A stretch of DNA of 64,000 nucleotides from a virus, in IMG/VR virus record IMGVR_UViG_3300048694_001042, positions 1-64,000 of that record. One strand, given 5' to 3'. The notes below the pieces were generated by a model. That model did no database searches and was not told the origin of the DNA. It saw only the letters and a list, made by a program, of their open reading frames with translations. Positions 18,477-28,547 of the stretch are shown piece after piece; positions within the stretch are counted from its first letter, which is position 1; each line of letters opens with the position of its first letter. Made by a program: the position numbers and the translations under genes.

Positions 18477-19442
18477 ATGTTTGATATTTTCAGTTATTTG
18501 CCAGCGAAAAGAAAGCAAACGCCTTCGGGTTGGGTAAGCTTCAATGCAGTTTGTTGCAGTGACAAGCGACAACGTGCTGGACTGAAAACCACAGAACAAG
18601 GTTGGAGTTATCACTGCTTCAACTGCTCGTACACAGCCAGTTTTATTCTGGGTCGCAATCTAAGTTTCAAAGCTCGCAAATTGTTAGGGATGTTAAATGT
18701 TCCCGAAATGGAAATTGAACATTTGAATTTAGAAAGCATGCGTCACAGGTCCATGGAAGGGCTAGTAGCAGATCGTCAGCGCACACTCAATGCACTAGCA
18801 GACATTAAATTTGAAGAACGAGACTTGCCACCCTATGCAGAACTGCTGACAGAGGAAGGCAGTTATAGAGATTACGTGCGTAGCAGACGAGTGCCCGAAG
18901 ACTATCCTGTGATGATTCAAACACAAAACGACGGAGTACACTGGACCAGACCACACGTGGTAATTCCGTTTACACATGACAACACTGTGGTTGGTTGGAC
19001 ATGTAGATTTTTAGATACCAAAACTCCCAAGTACATTTCAGACAGCCAGCCCAACTATGTGTTTGGAACTGATTTACAAAAGGAATCTTGGACGCATGTG
19101 CTGGTCATGGAAGGCATCTTTGATGCACTCAGCATTGGCGGTGTGGCAACCATGCACAATACCATCAGTGATGGACAAGCAAGACTCATACGCAGCCTGG
19201 GCAAAGACATAACTGTAGTACCAGATCAAGACACCGCAGGCCTGGCACTGATTGACCGTGCAGTGGAATTGAACTGGGCAGTAAGCATACCCAACTGGCC
19301 ATCTCACATCAAAGATGTAAACGATGCAGTAATAGAATTTGGCAAGTTGGCAACTATGCTAACTATATTCGAAGCCAGAGAAACGTCGAAGATTAAAATA
19401 GAATTAAGGAAGAAGAAACTTGCTCAAAGATTACAACGCTGA
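18477..19442 (+). CDS. DNA primase (Toprim, gp61-like)
   Basis: Zn-binding CC..YHCFNC; PKY, EGIFDA, PDQD and KDVNDA motifs; upstream of helicase. Confidence 0.85.
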   Translation: MFDIFSYLPAKRKQTPSGWVSFNAVCCSDKRQRAGLKTTEQGWSYHCFNCSYTASFILGRNLSFKARKLLGMLNVPEMEIEHLNLESMRHRSMEGLVADRQRTLNALADIKFEERDLPPYAELLTEEGSYRDYVRSRRVPEDYPVMIQTQNDGVHWTRPHVVIPFTHDNTVVGWTCRFLDTKTPKYISDSQPNYVFGTDLQKESWTHVLVMEGIFDALSIGGVATMHNTISDGQARLIRSLGKDITVVPDQDTAGLALIDRAVELNWAVSIPNWPSHIKDVNDAVIEFGKLATMLTIFEARETSKIKIELRKKKLAQRLQR

Positions 19443-20859
19443 TATCCAAAAACTATTTTTGGAAATGATGTTAGAAGACGCAAGCAGTTATGTGCGTATT
19501 CAAAACATCTACAACCCCCAGAACTTTGACAAGAGTCTGCGACCTGCGGCTGAGTTTATACAAGAACACAGCGACAAGTTCAAGACCATGCCCGACCGCA
19601 CTCAAATTTCTGCAGCCACGGGTGTTAAGCTAGCACCAGTACCCGACTTGAACGAAGGTCACTTTGACTGGTTCATGACAGAGTTTGAAGCATTTACTCG
19701 ACGCCAAGAACTTGAACGTGCCATTCTCAAAGCCGCAGACTTGCTGGAAAAGGGCGAGTTTGAACCAGTCGAAAAGCTGATCAAAGATGCAGTACAAATC
19801 AGTCTGACCAAAGACATGGGCACAGATTATTTTGCTGATCCTGCGGCTCGTATCAACAAGTACTTCAATTCTGGCGGACAAGTGAGCACAGGCTGGCCGC
19901 AACTGGACAAACTGTTGTATGGCGGATTCAGTCGCGGCGAATTGAACATTTTTGCAGGTGGCTCGGGATCTGGAAAAAGCTTGGTCATGATGAACATTGC
20001 ACTCAACTGGTTGCAACAAGGACTCAGTGGTGTGTATATCACACTAGAACTTTCAGAAGAACTTACAAGCTTGCGTACAGATGCCATGCTGACCAATATG
20101 TCAACCAAAGACATTCGCAAGGACATTGATACCACAGAACTCAAAGTCAAACTGGTTGCCAAAAAGTCCGGGCAATACAGAGTCAAAGCACTGCCGGCAC
20201 AAAGCAATATCAACGACATCAGAGCCTATCTCAAAGAAGTACAAATTCAAACAGGTATTCGAGTGGATTTTATGATGGTTGACTACTTGGACTTGCTGAT
20301 GCCGGTCAGCGCCAAAGTCAGTCCCAACGACTTGTTTGTCAAAGACAAGTATGTTTCAGAAGAATTGCGTAACTTGGCCAAAGAGTTAGGCATCTTAATG
20401 GTAACTGCATCGCAGTTAAACCGTTCAGCAGTTGAAGAAATTGAATTTGATCACTCACATATTTCGGGTGGTATCTCAAAGATCAACACAGCAGACAACG
20501 TATTTGGTATTTTTACCAGCAGGGCCATGAAAGAGCGCGGCAAGTACCAAATTCAATGTATGAAAAGTCGTAGTTCAACTGGCGTGGGACAAAAAATTGA
20601 CTTGGAATACAACATTGAAACCATGCGTATTACAGACGAAGGCGGGGACGAAGGAACCGGCTATAACAAGCCGCAAAGCTCGCTAATGGACTCAATCAAA
20701 GCTCGTAGCCAAGTGAAATCCGCAGAAGAAACTTCAGAAGCTCCGCAGAAATGGGAACGTGCCACAGGCGTTCCAGCTTGGGAACAAGCTCCTAAAATTG
20801 AAGCAGATGTGCAAAGTACCAAGTTAAAACAGCTTTTGGGTAAAATAAAATCAAACTGA
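19420..20859 (+). CDS. Replicative helicase (DnaB/gp41-like)
   Basis: GGSGSGKS, TLELSE, VDYLDL, TASQLNR and MKSRSS motifs. Confidence 0.9.
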   Translation: MLKDYNADIQKLFLEMMLEDASSYVRIQNIYNPQNFDKSLRPAAEFIQEHSDKFKTMPDRTQISAATGVKLAPVPDLNEGHFDWFMTEFEAFTRRQELERAILKAADLLEKGEFEPVEKLIKDAVQISLTKDMGTDYFADPAARINKYFNSGGQVSTGWPQLDKLLYGGFSRGELNIFAGGSGSGKSLVMMNIALNWLQQGLSGVYITLELSEELTSLRTDAMLTNMSTKDIRKDIDTTELKVKLVAKKSGQYRVKALPAQSNINDIRAYLKEVQIQTGIRVDFMMVDYLDLLMPVSAKVSPNDLFVKDKYVSEELRNLAKELGILMVTASQLNRSAVEEIEFDHSHISGGISKINTADNVFGIFTSRAMKERGKYQIQCMKSRSSTGVGQKIDLEYNIETMRITDEGGDEGTGYNKPQSSLMDSIKARSQVKSAEETSEAPQKWERATGVPAWEQAPKIEADVQSTKLKQLLGKIKSN

Positions 20860-20891
20860 TTCTGAATAAATAATTCAAAGGTCCTTGGACG

Positions 20892-21140
20892 ATGCAAAAA
20901 AAGACTCGAAGTATTTTAGAAGAATTGGACTCCATGTATGTGGAGCGAGATCGCCGTCTAATAATTGAAAACAGAGCTGCCAGTGTTATTGCCAGTGCTG
21001 TGAGATTATTGGAGCAGATTGATGCTGAGTTCCCACCAGACCAGGCAGAGAATCTCACACGCAAATTGCTCAATGCCATTCGCACTAGAGATTCAGGAAA
21101 ATTCGCCAGATCTGTAAGGAGAACAAATGCAGATCTATGA
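20892..21140 (+). CDS. Hypothetical late protein
   Basis: Follows TAAATA near 20867. Confidence 0.65.
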   Translation: MQKKTRSILEELDSMYVERDRRLIIENRAASVIASAVRLLEQIDAEFPPDQAENLTRKLLNAIRTRDSGKFARSVRRTNADL

Positions 21141-22158
21141 AATCTTCCAAGCTAATGAAAACGTACTCAAAGGCGTTGCTAACAGTGTAAAAAGCGCAGT
21201 AAGTCGCACACCTGCTATTGCTGGCGCTGTGAACAGCGTAAAAAGTGTAGCAAGCCGTGCCCCTGCCATTGCTGGTGCAGTTGCTAGCGATATTGGCAGC
21301 AGAATACTAAGCCGCGCAGGCTTGCCCGGAGACGTTGGACTAGGTTCAAAAAATGCATTTGGTGACAAAGAAGCCCAAGCTGCTCGCACCGCTGAACCCA
21401 TAATCAAAGCACAAGCAGACAACTTATTCAAACAGTGGGCTGCAAACAAAGATCGATCCAATCCTGCTGCTCTACAACAATCACTGATCAGTGTGGTGCA
21501 AAATACACTGTTGCAAAGAAAACTAGGCCGTGATTATACCAACTTAGATAACTGGGTTGCACAAGACCCCCAAACCCAACAACGTGCTGCCGGACTGGTT
21601 AAAAATATCACCTCAGGTATTGATACTATTTTGAAATCCGACCCGCAAGATACTGCCCAAGCTTGGGAAAATCTTGTGCGAGCAACTTCCCAGGCCATGT
21701 CACTAATGACATTCCATCCTAAGAATTACAACTATTCAGGTCAGGCCGCTGCACAAATGCCAGTGGTTACTACCACAGCACAAGGATACAAGATTGGCAA
21801 CACTGCATTGAACTCAGCCAATCCTGCTCAGCAAACAATGATACAGTTAATCAAGAGTCAAGTTGCCCCAAATGGTGCATTACCTAGAATCACAGTGACC
21901 CCACAAGGTTATATGTTAGGCTCGTTACCTTTGACACCTACCGATGCTACACACAAAAAATTAATTGACATTATCACCGGTGGCAAACCCAAAACAACAA
22001 AAGCCAAAACAAAAAAAGCTAAACCACAGCCTACAGCAAAACCAATTGCAGGTACAGAGATCAAAGGAGCCAAAGCTGGTGCACCGACTTCGGCAGAAGT
22101 TGCCAATCTTGAAAAACGTATACAACAGGCTCAGGCTGCCCAAGGACAAACAGCATGA
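21127..22158 (+). CDS. Hypothetical probable internal head protein
   Basis: N-terminal MQIYEI; 17-aa duplication NSVKS..SR.PAIAGAV; Ala/Gln/Lys rich. Confidence 0.55.
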   Translation: MQIYEIFQANENVLKGVANSVKSAVSRTPAIAGAVNSVKSVASRAPAIAGAVASDIGSRILSRAGLPGDVGLGSKNAFGDKEAQAARTAEPIIKAQADNLFKQWAANKDRSNPAALQQSLISVVQNTLLQRKLGRDYTNLDNWVAQDPQTQQRAAGLVKNITSGIDTILKSDPQDTAQAWENLVRATSQAMSLMTFHPKNYNYSGQAAAQMPVVTTTAQGYKIGNTALNSANPAQQTMIQLIKSQVAPNGALPRITVTPQGYMLGSLPLTPTDATHKKLIDIITGGKPKTTKAKTKKAKPQPTAKPIAGTEIKGAKAGAPTSAEVANLEKRIQQAQAAQGQTA

Positions 22159-24050
22159 AATTACTAGAAGGTGGAAACGTATTCAAAGACGCTGACGGAC
22201 AGCCGTTGACCGGCCGTGTGAATCAAAGTGACATCCCTGCCACTGTGCAATGGATTGAGCAATTGACTGGCATTGAATTTCCACGTGATCGTTGGCTAGG
22301 CAGCACAGGCAAGAACCCTACTTCGGGAGACCTAGATCTTGCTGTGGATGCCAACGAAGTCAACAAAGACCAACTGTTTGCCAAGCTGAGTGCATGGGCA
22401 GCAAGTCACAAACTCAACCCCAAGGAATGGATCAAAAAGGGCGGCGAAGTGCATTTGCGTACACCTATTGCCGGCCGTCCAGAATTGGGTTATGTGCAAA
22501 CTGATTTTATGTTTTTTCCTAACTTAGATTGGGGACAGTTTTATTACAGCCAAGGCCCGGACTCTGCTTACAAAGGTATGAACCGCGCTGTGCTCATGAG
22601 CAGCATAGCCAAACAACAGGGACTCAAAGTTGGCAGCAACGGTGTGTTCAGCAGAGCTACTAACGAACTGGTAAGTCAAGATCCCGATCAACTGGCTGAC
22701 TGGATACTGGGCAAAGGTCGCACTCGCAAAGATCTTGCCACTGTGGAAAGCATTTATGCTGCACTAGCTCGTGATCCTGATCGCGATGTCAAGCTGGCAG
22801 ATTTTCGTGAGTATTTGGCTCGCGAAGGCCTGCAAGAACCTACTGCTGTGAACGAAAACACTGAAGTAAACTTCTTGGCCAAACTGCGTGACCGCATTGT
22901 CAATCAAGGCATGCAACCCTTGATCGAAACTGAAACTGCCAACCCTTATAGCATATACGAAGCAGAAGAAACCAACGTTGGTGGCCGAGCCAAGGGCATT
23001 GAGCACTTGGAAGACCTGGTGTTCCGCAAAGGCCGACGTGGTGCCCAAGAAGCCTTGGCCATTGTGCAAGCTGCCAGCGAACAACCGGCCAGCACCACTG
23101 TAAAGTGGGACGGCAAGCCTGCTGTGGTATTTGGACGCAAGCCTGCCACAGGCGAGTTTGTGCTCACAGACGGTTCAGGATTTGAAGCTCGGGGCTATGA
23201 TGGACTTGCTACCAGCCCCAAAATGATGGCACAAATTCAAAACACACGCTCCGGAGAACGGTCGGGCATTATCAAGCTGTATGCTGACTTGTGGCCTATA
23301 CTGGAAGCTGCCACACCCACAAACTTCCGTGGTTATGTCAAGGGTGATTTGTTGTACATGGAAACACCTCCACTGGAAGCCGGCAACTATGTGTTCAAAC
23401 CCAACACAGTGGAATATCGTATTCCAGCCAAATCAAGCCTGGGACAGCGTATTGGTAATTCTACCATTGGTATTGCCATGCATTCCATGTATGCTGACCA
23501 AGGCGAAGCTAGACAGCCGCTCAGCAGAGTAAAATTCAACGAAGTACCTGGTCTGTTGTTGATCGAGCCCATTGCTGGCAAAGAAATGATGCCAGAGTCT
23601 AACTTGGTCAAACAAGTCAAAGCATTGATTCGCAGCAAAGGCGCTGCAATTGACACACTGTTTAATCCTGCAGAATTACGAGCACAGCAAATCACAGACT
23701 TGGCCAAGCTGTGTGTGGATTACATCAACTATAGAATCCGCACAGGTAATTTTGATAACTTGTTGGCAGGGTTTGGAGATTGGTTAAAAACCAAAGTCAC
23801 TCCTAAAAAGTTTGGTAACATCATTGAGTACTTGCAAAGTCCACGTAGCAACACTGAAGCATTGGCTGCTGCATTTACTATTTTTATACTGTTGCACGAC
23901 TTAAAGCTAGACATACTGCGACAGCTGGATCTACGCGATCCTGGGCATGAAGGTTGGGTTATGGCCACACCCGCAGGCTATGCTAAGGCGGTCAATCGCT
24001 TTGATTTCACTGCCAGAAACCGCGCCCAAAATAACCCTCAACAGGCGTAA
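22155..24050 (+). CDS. Fusion of a Pol-beta-type nucleotidyltransferase and an ATP-dependent ligase-like domain
   Basis: GSTGK..TSGDLD and QTDFM; C-terminal VKWDG, KGD, HEGWV and KAVNR. Confidence 0.65.
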   Translation: MKLLEGGNVFKDADGQPLTGRVNQSDIPATVQWIEQLTGIEFPRDRWLGSTGKNPTSGDLDLAVDANEVNKDQLFAKLSAWAASHKLNPKEWIKKGGEVHLRTPIAGRPELGYVQTDFMFFPNLDWGQFYYSQGPDSAYKGMNRAVLMSSIAKQQGLKVGSNGVFSRATNELVSQDPDQLADWILGKGRTRKDLATVESIYAALARDPDRDVKLADFREYLAREGLQEPTAVNENTEVNFLAKLRDRIVNQGMQPLIETETANPYSIYEAEETNVGGRAKGIEHLEDLVFRKGRRGAQEALAIVQAASEQPASTTVKWDGKPAVVFGRKPATGEFVLTDGSGFEARGYDGLATSPKMMAQIQNTRSGERSGIIKLYADLWPILEAATPTNFRGYVKGDLLYMETPPLEAGNYVFKPNTVEYRIPAKSSLGQRIGNSTIGIAMHSMYADQGEARQPLSRVKFNEVPGLLLIEPIAGKEMMPESNLVKQVKALIRSKGAAIDTLFNPAELRAQQITDLAKLCVDYINYRIRTGNFDNLLAGFGDWLKTKVTPKKFGNIIEYLQSPRSNTEALAAAFTIFILLHDLKLDILRQLDLRDPGHEGWVMATPAGYAKAVNRFDFTARNRAQNNPQQA

Positions 24051-24113
24051 TTTTTGCCAGTTTCATAAATAAGTGTAGGGTCAAAGACCCAATTAACTTA
24101 AAAGGAAATTATC

Positions 24114-24518
24114 ATGGCTTATTATACCCCAGTAAATGGTGATGCACAACCAGTATTTGCAATCGACGTTCAAAACGGTCCTGTTGCTGCTTCTGCTTCT
24201 ACCGCTGCTACACCAGTTAACCTAGCTGGTCCTAAGTTGGACTTCTTCCGCGTTGTTGCTAACACCACAGTGGTTAGCCAGCAAGGCGTGCAAGAATACG
24301 TTGCTAACGTTATTCAAGCTATCCAACAAACCGCTACAGTCGCTATGTACCAAGTTGACGGCACAGTGTTGAGCTTCGGTGTTTACCCAACCGGCGCTTT
24401 TGCTAACGCTTCAACCAACACATCAGCTGCCAGCTTCTTGGCTGCCGCCAACATTACCTACACAGGTTATCAGTTGGATAGCGCCACAAGCATTGGTTTC
24501 AAACTAGCTGCTTCCTAA
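24114..24518 (+). CDS. Probably abundant structural protein
   Basis: TAAATA promoter, AAGGA RBS, biased codon usage, own terminator. Confidence 0.6.
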   Translation: MAYYTPVNGDAQPVFAIDVQNGPVAASASTAATPVNLAGPKLDFFRVVANTTVVSQQGVQEYVANVIQAIQQTATVAMYQVDGTVLSFGVYPTGAFANASTNTSAASFLAAANITYTGYQLDSATSIGFKLAAS

Positions 24519-24539
24519 TTCAAACCTAGGTCAAGCATC

Positions 24540-24570
24540 AACCCCGGACATAAAAACTCCGGGGTTTTTC
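24540..24570 (+). terminator. Intrinsic terminator
   Basis: AACCCCGGA / TCCGGGGTT stem plus T run. Confidence 0.8.
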
Positions 24571-24592
24571 TTTGGCCTTAAATACCCGCACG

Positions 24593-25009
24593 ATGAAAAT
24601 ACTATGCAAAACCCTGTTTGATTGCACACGCACTGGTGTAACCGGGCATTTTCGCCCAGCACAGGTGCCTTTTGTTGACCAAGCGGAACAAACAATCAAC
24701 AACCAGGAAGATTGGAATCGTGCAAGAAATCAACAGCGCAATTGGGAAACAATCATGCAAATTGCCAGTCTCCGAGCACAGATTATGTCTACTAGCAAAA
24801 CACGCAAGGTTGATGACACCTGGGAATTTTCATTCGAAGTAGAAACAGTGGGTGTTTACAGCAGCAACGGGGACCCAGAAGACCTTGACGGGCTGCTGGC
24901 CGAATGCGAGGGCATACCCATGGTCGTTGGACTAAATGAAACTGTGAGTGAATCCACGCTGATCCCCGGAAAGAACATTTGGTTCGATGCCATAAATATT
25001 GAACCATGA
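24593..25009 (+). CDS. Hypothetical late protein
   Basis: TAAATA 24579-24584 then ATG; RNQQRNWET motif. Confidence 0.6.
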   Translation: MKILCKTLFDCTRTGVTGHFRPAQVPFVDQAEQTINNQEDWNRARNQQRNWETIMQIASLRAQIMSTSKTRKVDDTWEFSFEVETVGVYSSNGDPEDLDGLLAECEGIPMVVGLNETVSESTLIPGKNIWFDAINIEP

Positions 25010-25269
25010 GCGACACCACAGAAATCGAAAAAAAGAGTCTAGAAGCACACGTTGAACTGTGTGCCGAAAGATACAAACTTCTTGAAACCAAACTAGGAAC
25101 AGTTGAGCAAGGAGTTAGGCACGCTAATTCGTTAATTGAAGATTTAGCAGAAACTGTGAGCAAATCCAGTGAAAAAAGCAATGATAGATTGATCGCCTGG
25201 GGCGTGGGAATCATTGTCACATTGTCTGGCGCTTGCGGTTGGTTATTGACCAATTATCTCAATAAATGA
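25006..25269 (+). CDS. Small coiled-coil protein with C-terminal TM helix
   Basis: LEAHVELCAERY coiled coil and hydrophobic tail. Confidence 0.65.
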   Translation: MSDTTEIEKKSLEAHVELCAERYKLLETKLGTVEQGVRHANSLIEDLAETVSKSSEKSNDRLIAWGVGIIVTLSGACGWLLTNYLNK

Positions 25270-25742
25270 TCAAAGAACAAAAACTAGAACAGTGGGCCGA
25301 GCGCGAACTCATTCGTCATATTCACACTATGATTATTGACGACAACGACGGTGGTTATGTAGTTTTTGGAAAATACCATCTCACACCCGAAACCCATGGA
25401 TTTGCTGTAAAAACTTGGGATCGACACATACACTGTTTTGGCAGCAAACGATCTGCAATCAGTTGGTGTGTGGCCGACAGATCCAACAACATCAATCTAG
25501 CCAATCAAATTTTAGTACTAGACCGCAAACAACAAATGCTGTCTGCAGACATACACTGTCGTCGAGGCCAGGCCAATCGCGGACGTACAGAAGATTTTTA
25601 CGAAATAGTAAATACCAAAGTGCAGCCCAAAATTGAGCAGCATCTTTCGGTGACTGCTGAATTAGAGAAATGTATAAATTCGGCTAAATATATTCAAATT
25701 AGAGGATTCAATAATGAAATTGCAAGAACTAGCGGCCAATAA
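25266..25742 (+). CDS. Hypothetical protein
   Basis: Coupled ORF. Confidence 0.6.
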   Translation: MIKEQKLEQWAERELIRHIHTMIIDDNDGGYVVFGKYHLTPETHGFAVKTWDRHIHCFGSKRSAISWCVADRSNNINLANQILVLDRKQQMLSADIHCRRGQANRGRTEDFYEIVNTKVQPKIEQHLSVTAELEKCINSAKYIQIRGFNNEIARTSGQ

Positions 25743-26685
25743 GCCAAGCAAGCAAATAGCCCAAGTATTCGAAAGTTACTTTGGGTCAAACCTGCACTTT
25801 GACCAGTTAAACGCTGGACAAACAAAAACACTGTTGGGTCGCGTACAAAAAATTCTAGGTGAAACCAGACGCACACCTGGCTTTTATCAAAGTCAAAACA
25901 ATCCCACATATCTCAAGCTAGTTATGTTGGAACAGGCACTGACCAGCCGCCTGCGCGAAGCTGGAGTTCCTCCTATCCCTGGTACCACTCCTGCTGCCGC
26001 ACCTGGCACCACTGGCACAACCACAGCTACACAGACTCCACAGGATGCTGCCAAGCAAGCTGCCGCCACAGTGGCTGCTACCAAGGATCCTGCACTACGT
26101 GCTGCATTACAGAAAGCTGCCAAAGGCCAAAGCTTGAATCCTCAAGAACAAAAAATGGTAGCTGGCGCTGCACTAATGAAACAAGAAAGCCGTTTGCGTA
26201 ATGCTTATCGCATGCTCAAAGAATCTGAAGTGCAACAAGCCCAAGTGGTGTTGGCCGCTCAAGACATGGTAGACAAAATGCAAGGCATGTTGGAAGACGT
26301 AAGCGAATTGCAATTCAAAGAATTGCCAGCTCTAGTTGACTCAATCAAGAACCAAGTGGGTATTGATCAAGCTCAACAGTTCAATACTGATGTGTCGGCT
26401 GCACTAACTGGCTTGATGCAGAATCTACAAGCTACCAAGCAACAGCTTGACTCTGCACTGGGTGTGGTAACTGGTCAAGCTCCTGCTGTTCCTGGCGTAC
26501 CCGGTGCAGGCGACCTTGGCGCCGAACTAGGTGCTGACTTGGGTGCTGCTGCAGGCGGCGCTCCTGGCGCCGAAGCAGGTGCCGAACTAGGTGCTGACTT
26601 AGACAATGACCTGGCTGCTGCCGCTGCTGCCGGCAACGAAGCTGAACCAGCACCTGCTGCTAGCTTAGGCCGCGCACGTAGATAA
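25714..26685 (+). CDS. Probable prohead core/scaffold-type protein
   Basis: MKLQEL start; LRE, LKE motifs; Ala/Pro linkers; ends LGRARR. Confidence 0.5.
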   Translation: MKLQELAANKPSKQIAQVFESYFGSNLHFDQLNAGQTKTLLGRVQKILGETRRTPGFYQSQNNPTYLKLVMLEQALTSRLREAGVPPIPGTTPAAAPGTTGTTTATQTPQDAAKQAAATVAATKDPALRAALQKAAKGQSLNPQEQKMVAGAALMKQESRLRNAYRMLKESEVQQAQVVLAAQDMVDKMQGMLEDVSELQFKELPALVDSIKNQVGIDQAQQFNTDVSAALTGLMQNLQATKQQLDSALGVVTGQAPAVPGVPGAGDLGAELGADLGAAAGGAPGAEAGAELGADLDNDLAAAAAAGNEAEPAPAASLGRARR

Positions 26686-27035
26686 TGAGAATCAACGAAG
26701 TTGCTGCTGACCAACCTGGAGCAGACCCAAATCAATTAGTGGGTCTGGTCCAATTTCTCAGTGGCCGCGCAACAGACACTGATGCTCAAAAACAAATTAG
26801 CCAAGATGCATTTATTAAATTGGCACAAAGCTTGGGTGTCAATATCACACATCAAAACCTCGGCGACATAATTAGCCAACCTCCATTAAATGGCGTGCTA
26901 GAACCCTTGGATCCAAATTCCAATATGATCTCATTCAAAGGCGCCGACATAGGCCCTGCCAAAATGAGTGTGCCACAAGCTCAACAAGTTGTCAACAAAA
27001 TGGCCAAAAGCGCAATGAAACGCGGTTTGAAGTAA
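26685..27035 (+). CDS. Hypothetical probable head-associated protein
   Basis: MRINEV start; coupled to upstream gene. Confidence 0.55.
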   Translation: MRINEVAADQPGADPNQLVGLVQFLSGRATDTDAQKQISQDAFIKLAQSLGVNITHQNLGDIISQPPLNGVLEPLDPNSNMISFKGADIGPAKMSVPQAQQVVNKMAKSAMKRGLK

Positions 27036-27090
27036 ACGTTTTGTTGACAACAGGCGTTGTATTAGTATACAATGCTACAAGGAGATTCCA

Positions 27091-27390
27091 ATGAAAAAAG
27101 CTCTTGCAATTTTAATGCTGATTGCCGGCACGTCGGCTTTGGCACACGGTCCGGTTTATCGTCCACATCCTCATTACAGCCATGGCTATGGCTGGGTAGT
27201 TCCGACAATCATTGGCGGCGTGGTGGGTTATGAAATTGCTCGACAGCAACAACCTGTGGTGGTACAACAGCAACCAGTGATTGTTCAGAATCCCCCGATA
27301 GTGTATCAGCCACAGTCAAATTGTGGACCTTGGATTGAAACACTAAACTCAGACGGAACTATCACTCGCTCACGAACTTGTATGCAATGA
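27091..27390 (+). CDS. Exported small protein
   Basis: Signal peptide MKKALAILMLIAGTSALA; TTGACA promoter; AGGAG RBS. Confidence 0.7.
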   Translation: MKKALAILMLIAGTSALAHGPVYRPHPHYSHGYGWVVPTIIGGVVGYEIARQQQPVVVQQQPVIVQNPPIVYQPQSNCGPWIETLNSDGTITRSRTCMQ

Positions 27391-27448
27391 AATACTGGAA
27401 AATACAGCTACACTATCATCCTGGGCTAGACATCGATTATAATATAGC

Positions 27449-28036
27449 ATGAAAATAAATCAAGCAACTGCGGCCGAATTGGCCAACTACTCACAGCATC
27501 TAAAATCGCTGCCGCCACATGACAAATACACACGTTTTGGTTTCTCTGTCAGCAACGAAACCATTGATCAGTTGATATTGAATGTGCTGTATCATCCCGA
27601 AGATCATTACATATTTGTAGCACAATACAATGACACTGTTGTGGGTTTTGGGCACCTGGCACGGGAAGGCGCAGACTGGGAATTGGCTGTCAGCGTCAAC
27701 GAAGATTTGCAAGGCCAAGGCATCGGCAACGCACTAATGAGTCACATGATCGGCTGGAGTAAAACACACGGTATTCATTCTGTGTTCATGCACTGCATCA
27801 GCGAAAATCAAAAAATACAGCACCTTGCTCGCAAGCATGGCTTGCGAACTGTAGAACGCTCGGGACCGGAAATAACTGCAAAAGTTGAATTGCCGGATCC
27901 AACAATGATAGATTATGTTAAAACTTATTTGGAAGAACAACAAAATCTAATCAAACAAATTACCGATTTACAAAAAAAGCTATTGGCTACATTTTCGCCT
28001 GTGGCTGTATTCAACCCACAAGACAAAGTAGAATAA
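27449..28036 (+). CDS. GNAT acetyltransferase
   Basis: ELAVSV..DLQGQGIG motif A; N..IQHLARKHG. Confidence 0.85.
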   Translation: MKINQATAAELANYSQHLKSLPPHDKYTRFGFSVSNETIDQLILNVLYHPEDHYIFVAQYNDTVVGFGHLAREGADWELAVSVNEDLQGQGIGNALMSHMIGWSKTHGIHSVFMHCISENQKIQHLARKHGLRTVERSGPEITAKVELPDPTMIDYVKTYLEEQQNLIKQITDLQKKLLATFSPVAVFNPQDKVE

Positions 28037-28037
28037 A

Positions 28038-28547
28038 TTGAAAGAAAAATTCAAACACGCATACATGGACACAGCACGTAGATTTGCTGAACTCAGTCCA
28101 GCAATTAGACGCAAGGTAGGAGCCATTGTTGTAAAAGACGATAGAATTATTTCAATCGGTTACAACGGCATGCCTGTGGGCTGGGACAATGAGTGTGAAT
28201 ATAAAGAATATCTAAATGCTGCTAAGGCAGGGTTCATGAACGACGCAGAAATCCAAGATAAATTTCCCTTTGAAGAATACGTAGAGGAATATCAAGCCAT
28301 GCGTAGATACCGTCTAGTGACCAAAGACGAAGTACTCCACGCAGAGTCCAATGCAGTTTCAAAGTTGGCAAAAAGCAACGAGTCGGGGTTGGGTGCAGAT
28401 TTGTTTGTGACCACAGCACCTTGCATTCATTGTGCCAAACTCATACACCAGACTGGTATTCGCCGAGTGTGGTACAGCGACAATTACAGAGATTCGGCAG
28501 GCATTGATTTCTTGGTCAAGTCCGGCGTAACTGTAGAAAAAATTTAA
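28038..28547 (+). CDS. dCMP deaminase
   Basis: KVGA, GYNG, HAESNA and PCIHC motifs. Confidence 0.9.
   Translation: MKEKFKHAYMDTARRFAELSPAIRRKVGAIVVKDDRIISIGYNGMPVGWDNECEYKEYLNAAKAGFMNDAEIQDKFPFEEYVEEYQAMRRYRLVTKDEVLHAESNAVSKLAKSNESGLGADLFVTTAPCIHCAKLIHQTGIRRVWYSDNYRDSAGIDFLVKSGVTVEKI

Noticed and set aside
26521-26600. 20-bp direct repeat GCCGAACTAGGTGCTGACTT, and the similar PAPVFVS duplication near 57405-57460
   Set aside because: Local in-frame duplications in low-complexity linkers with no sign of mobility.
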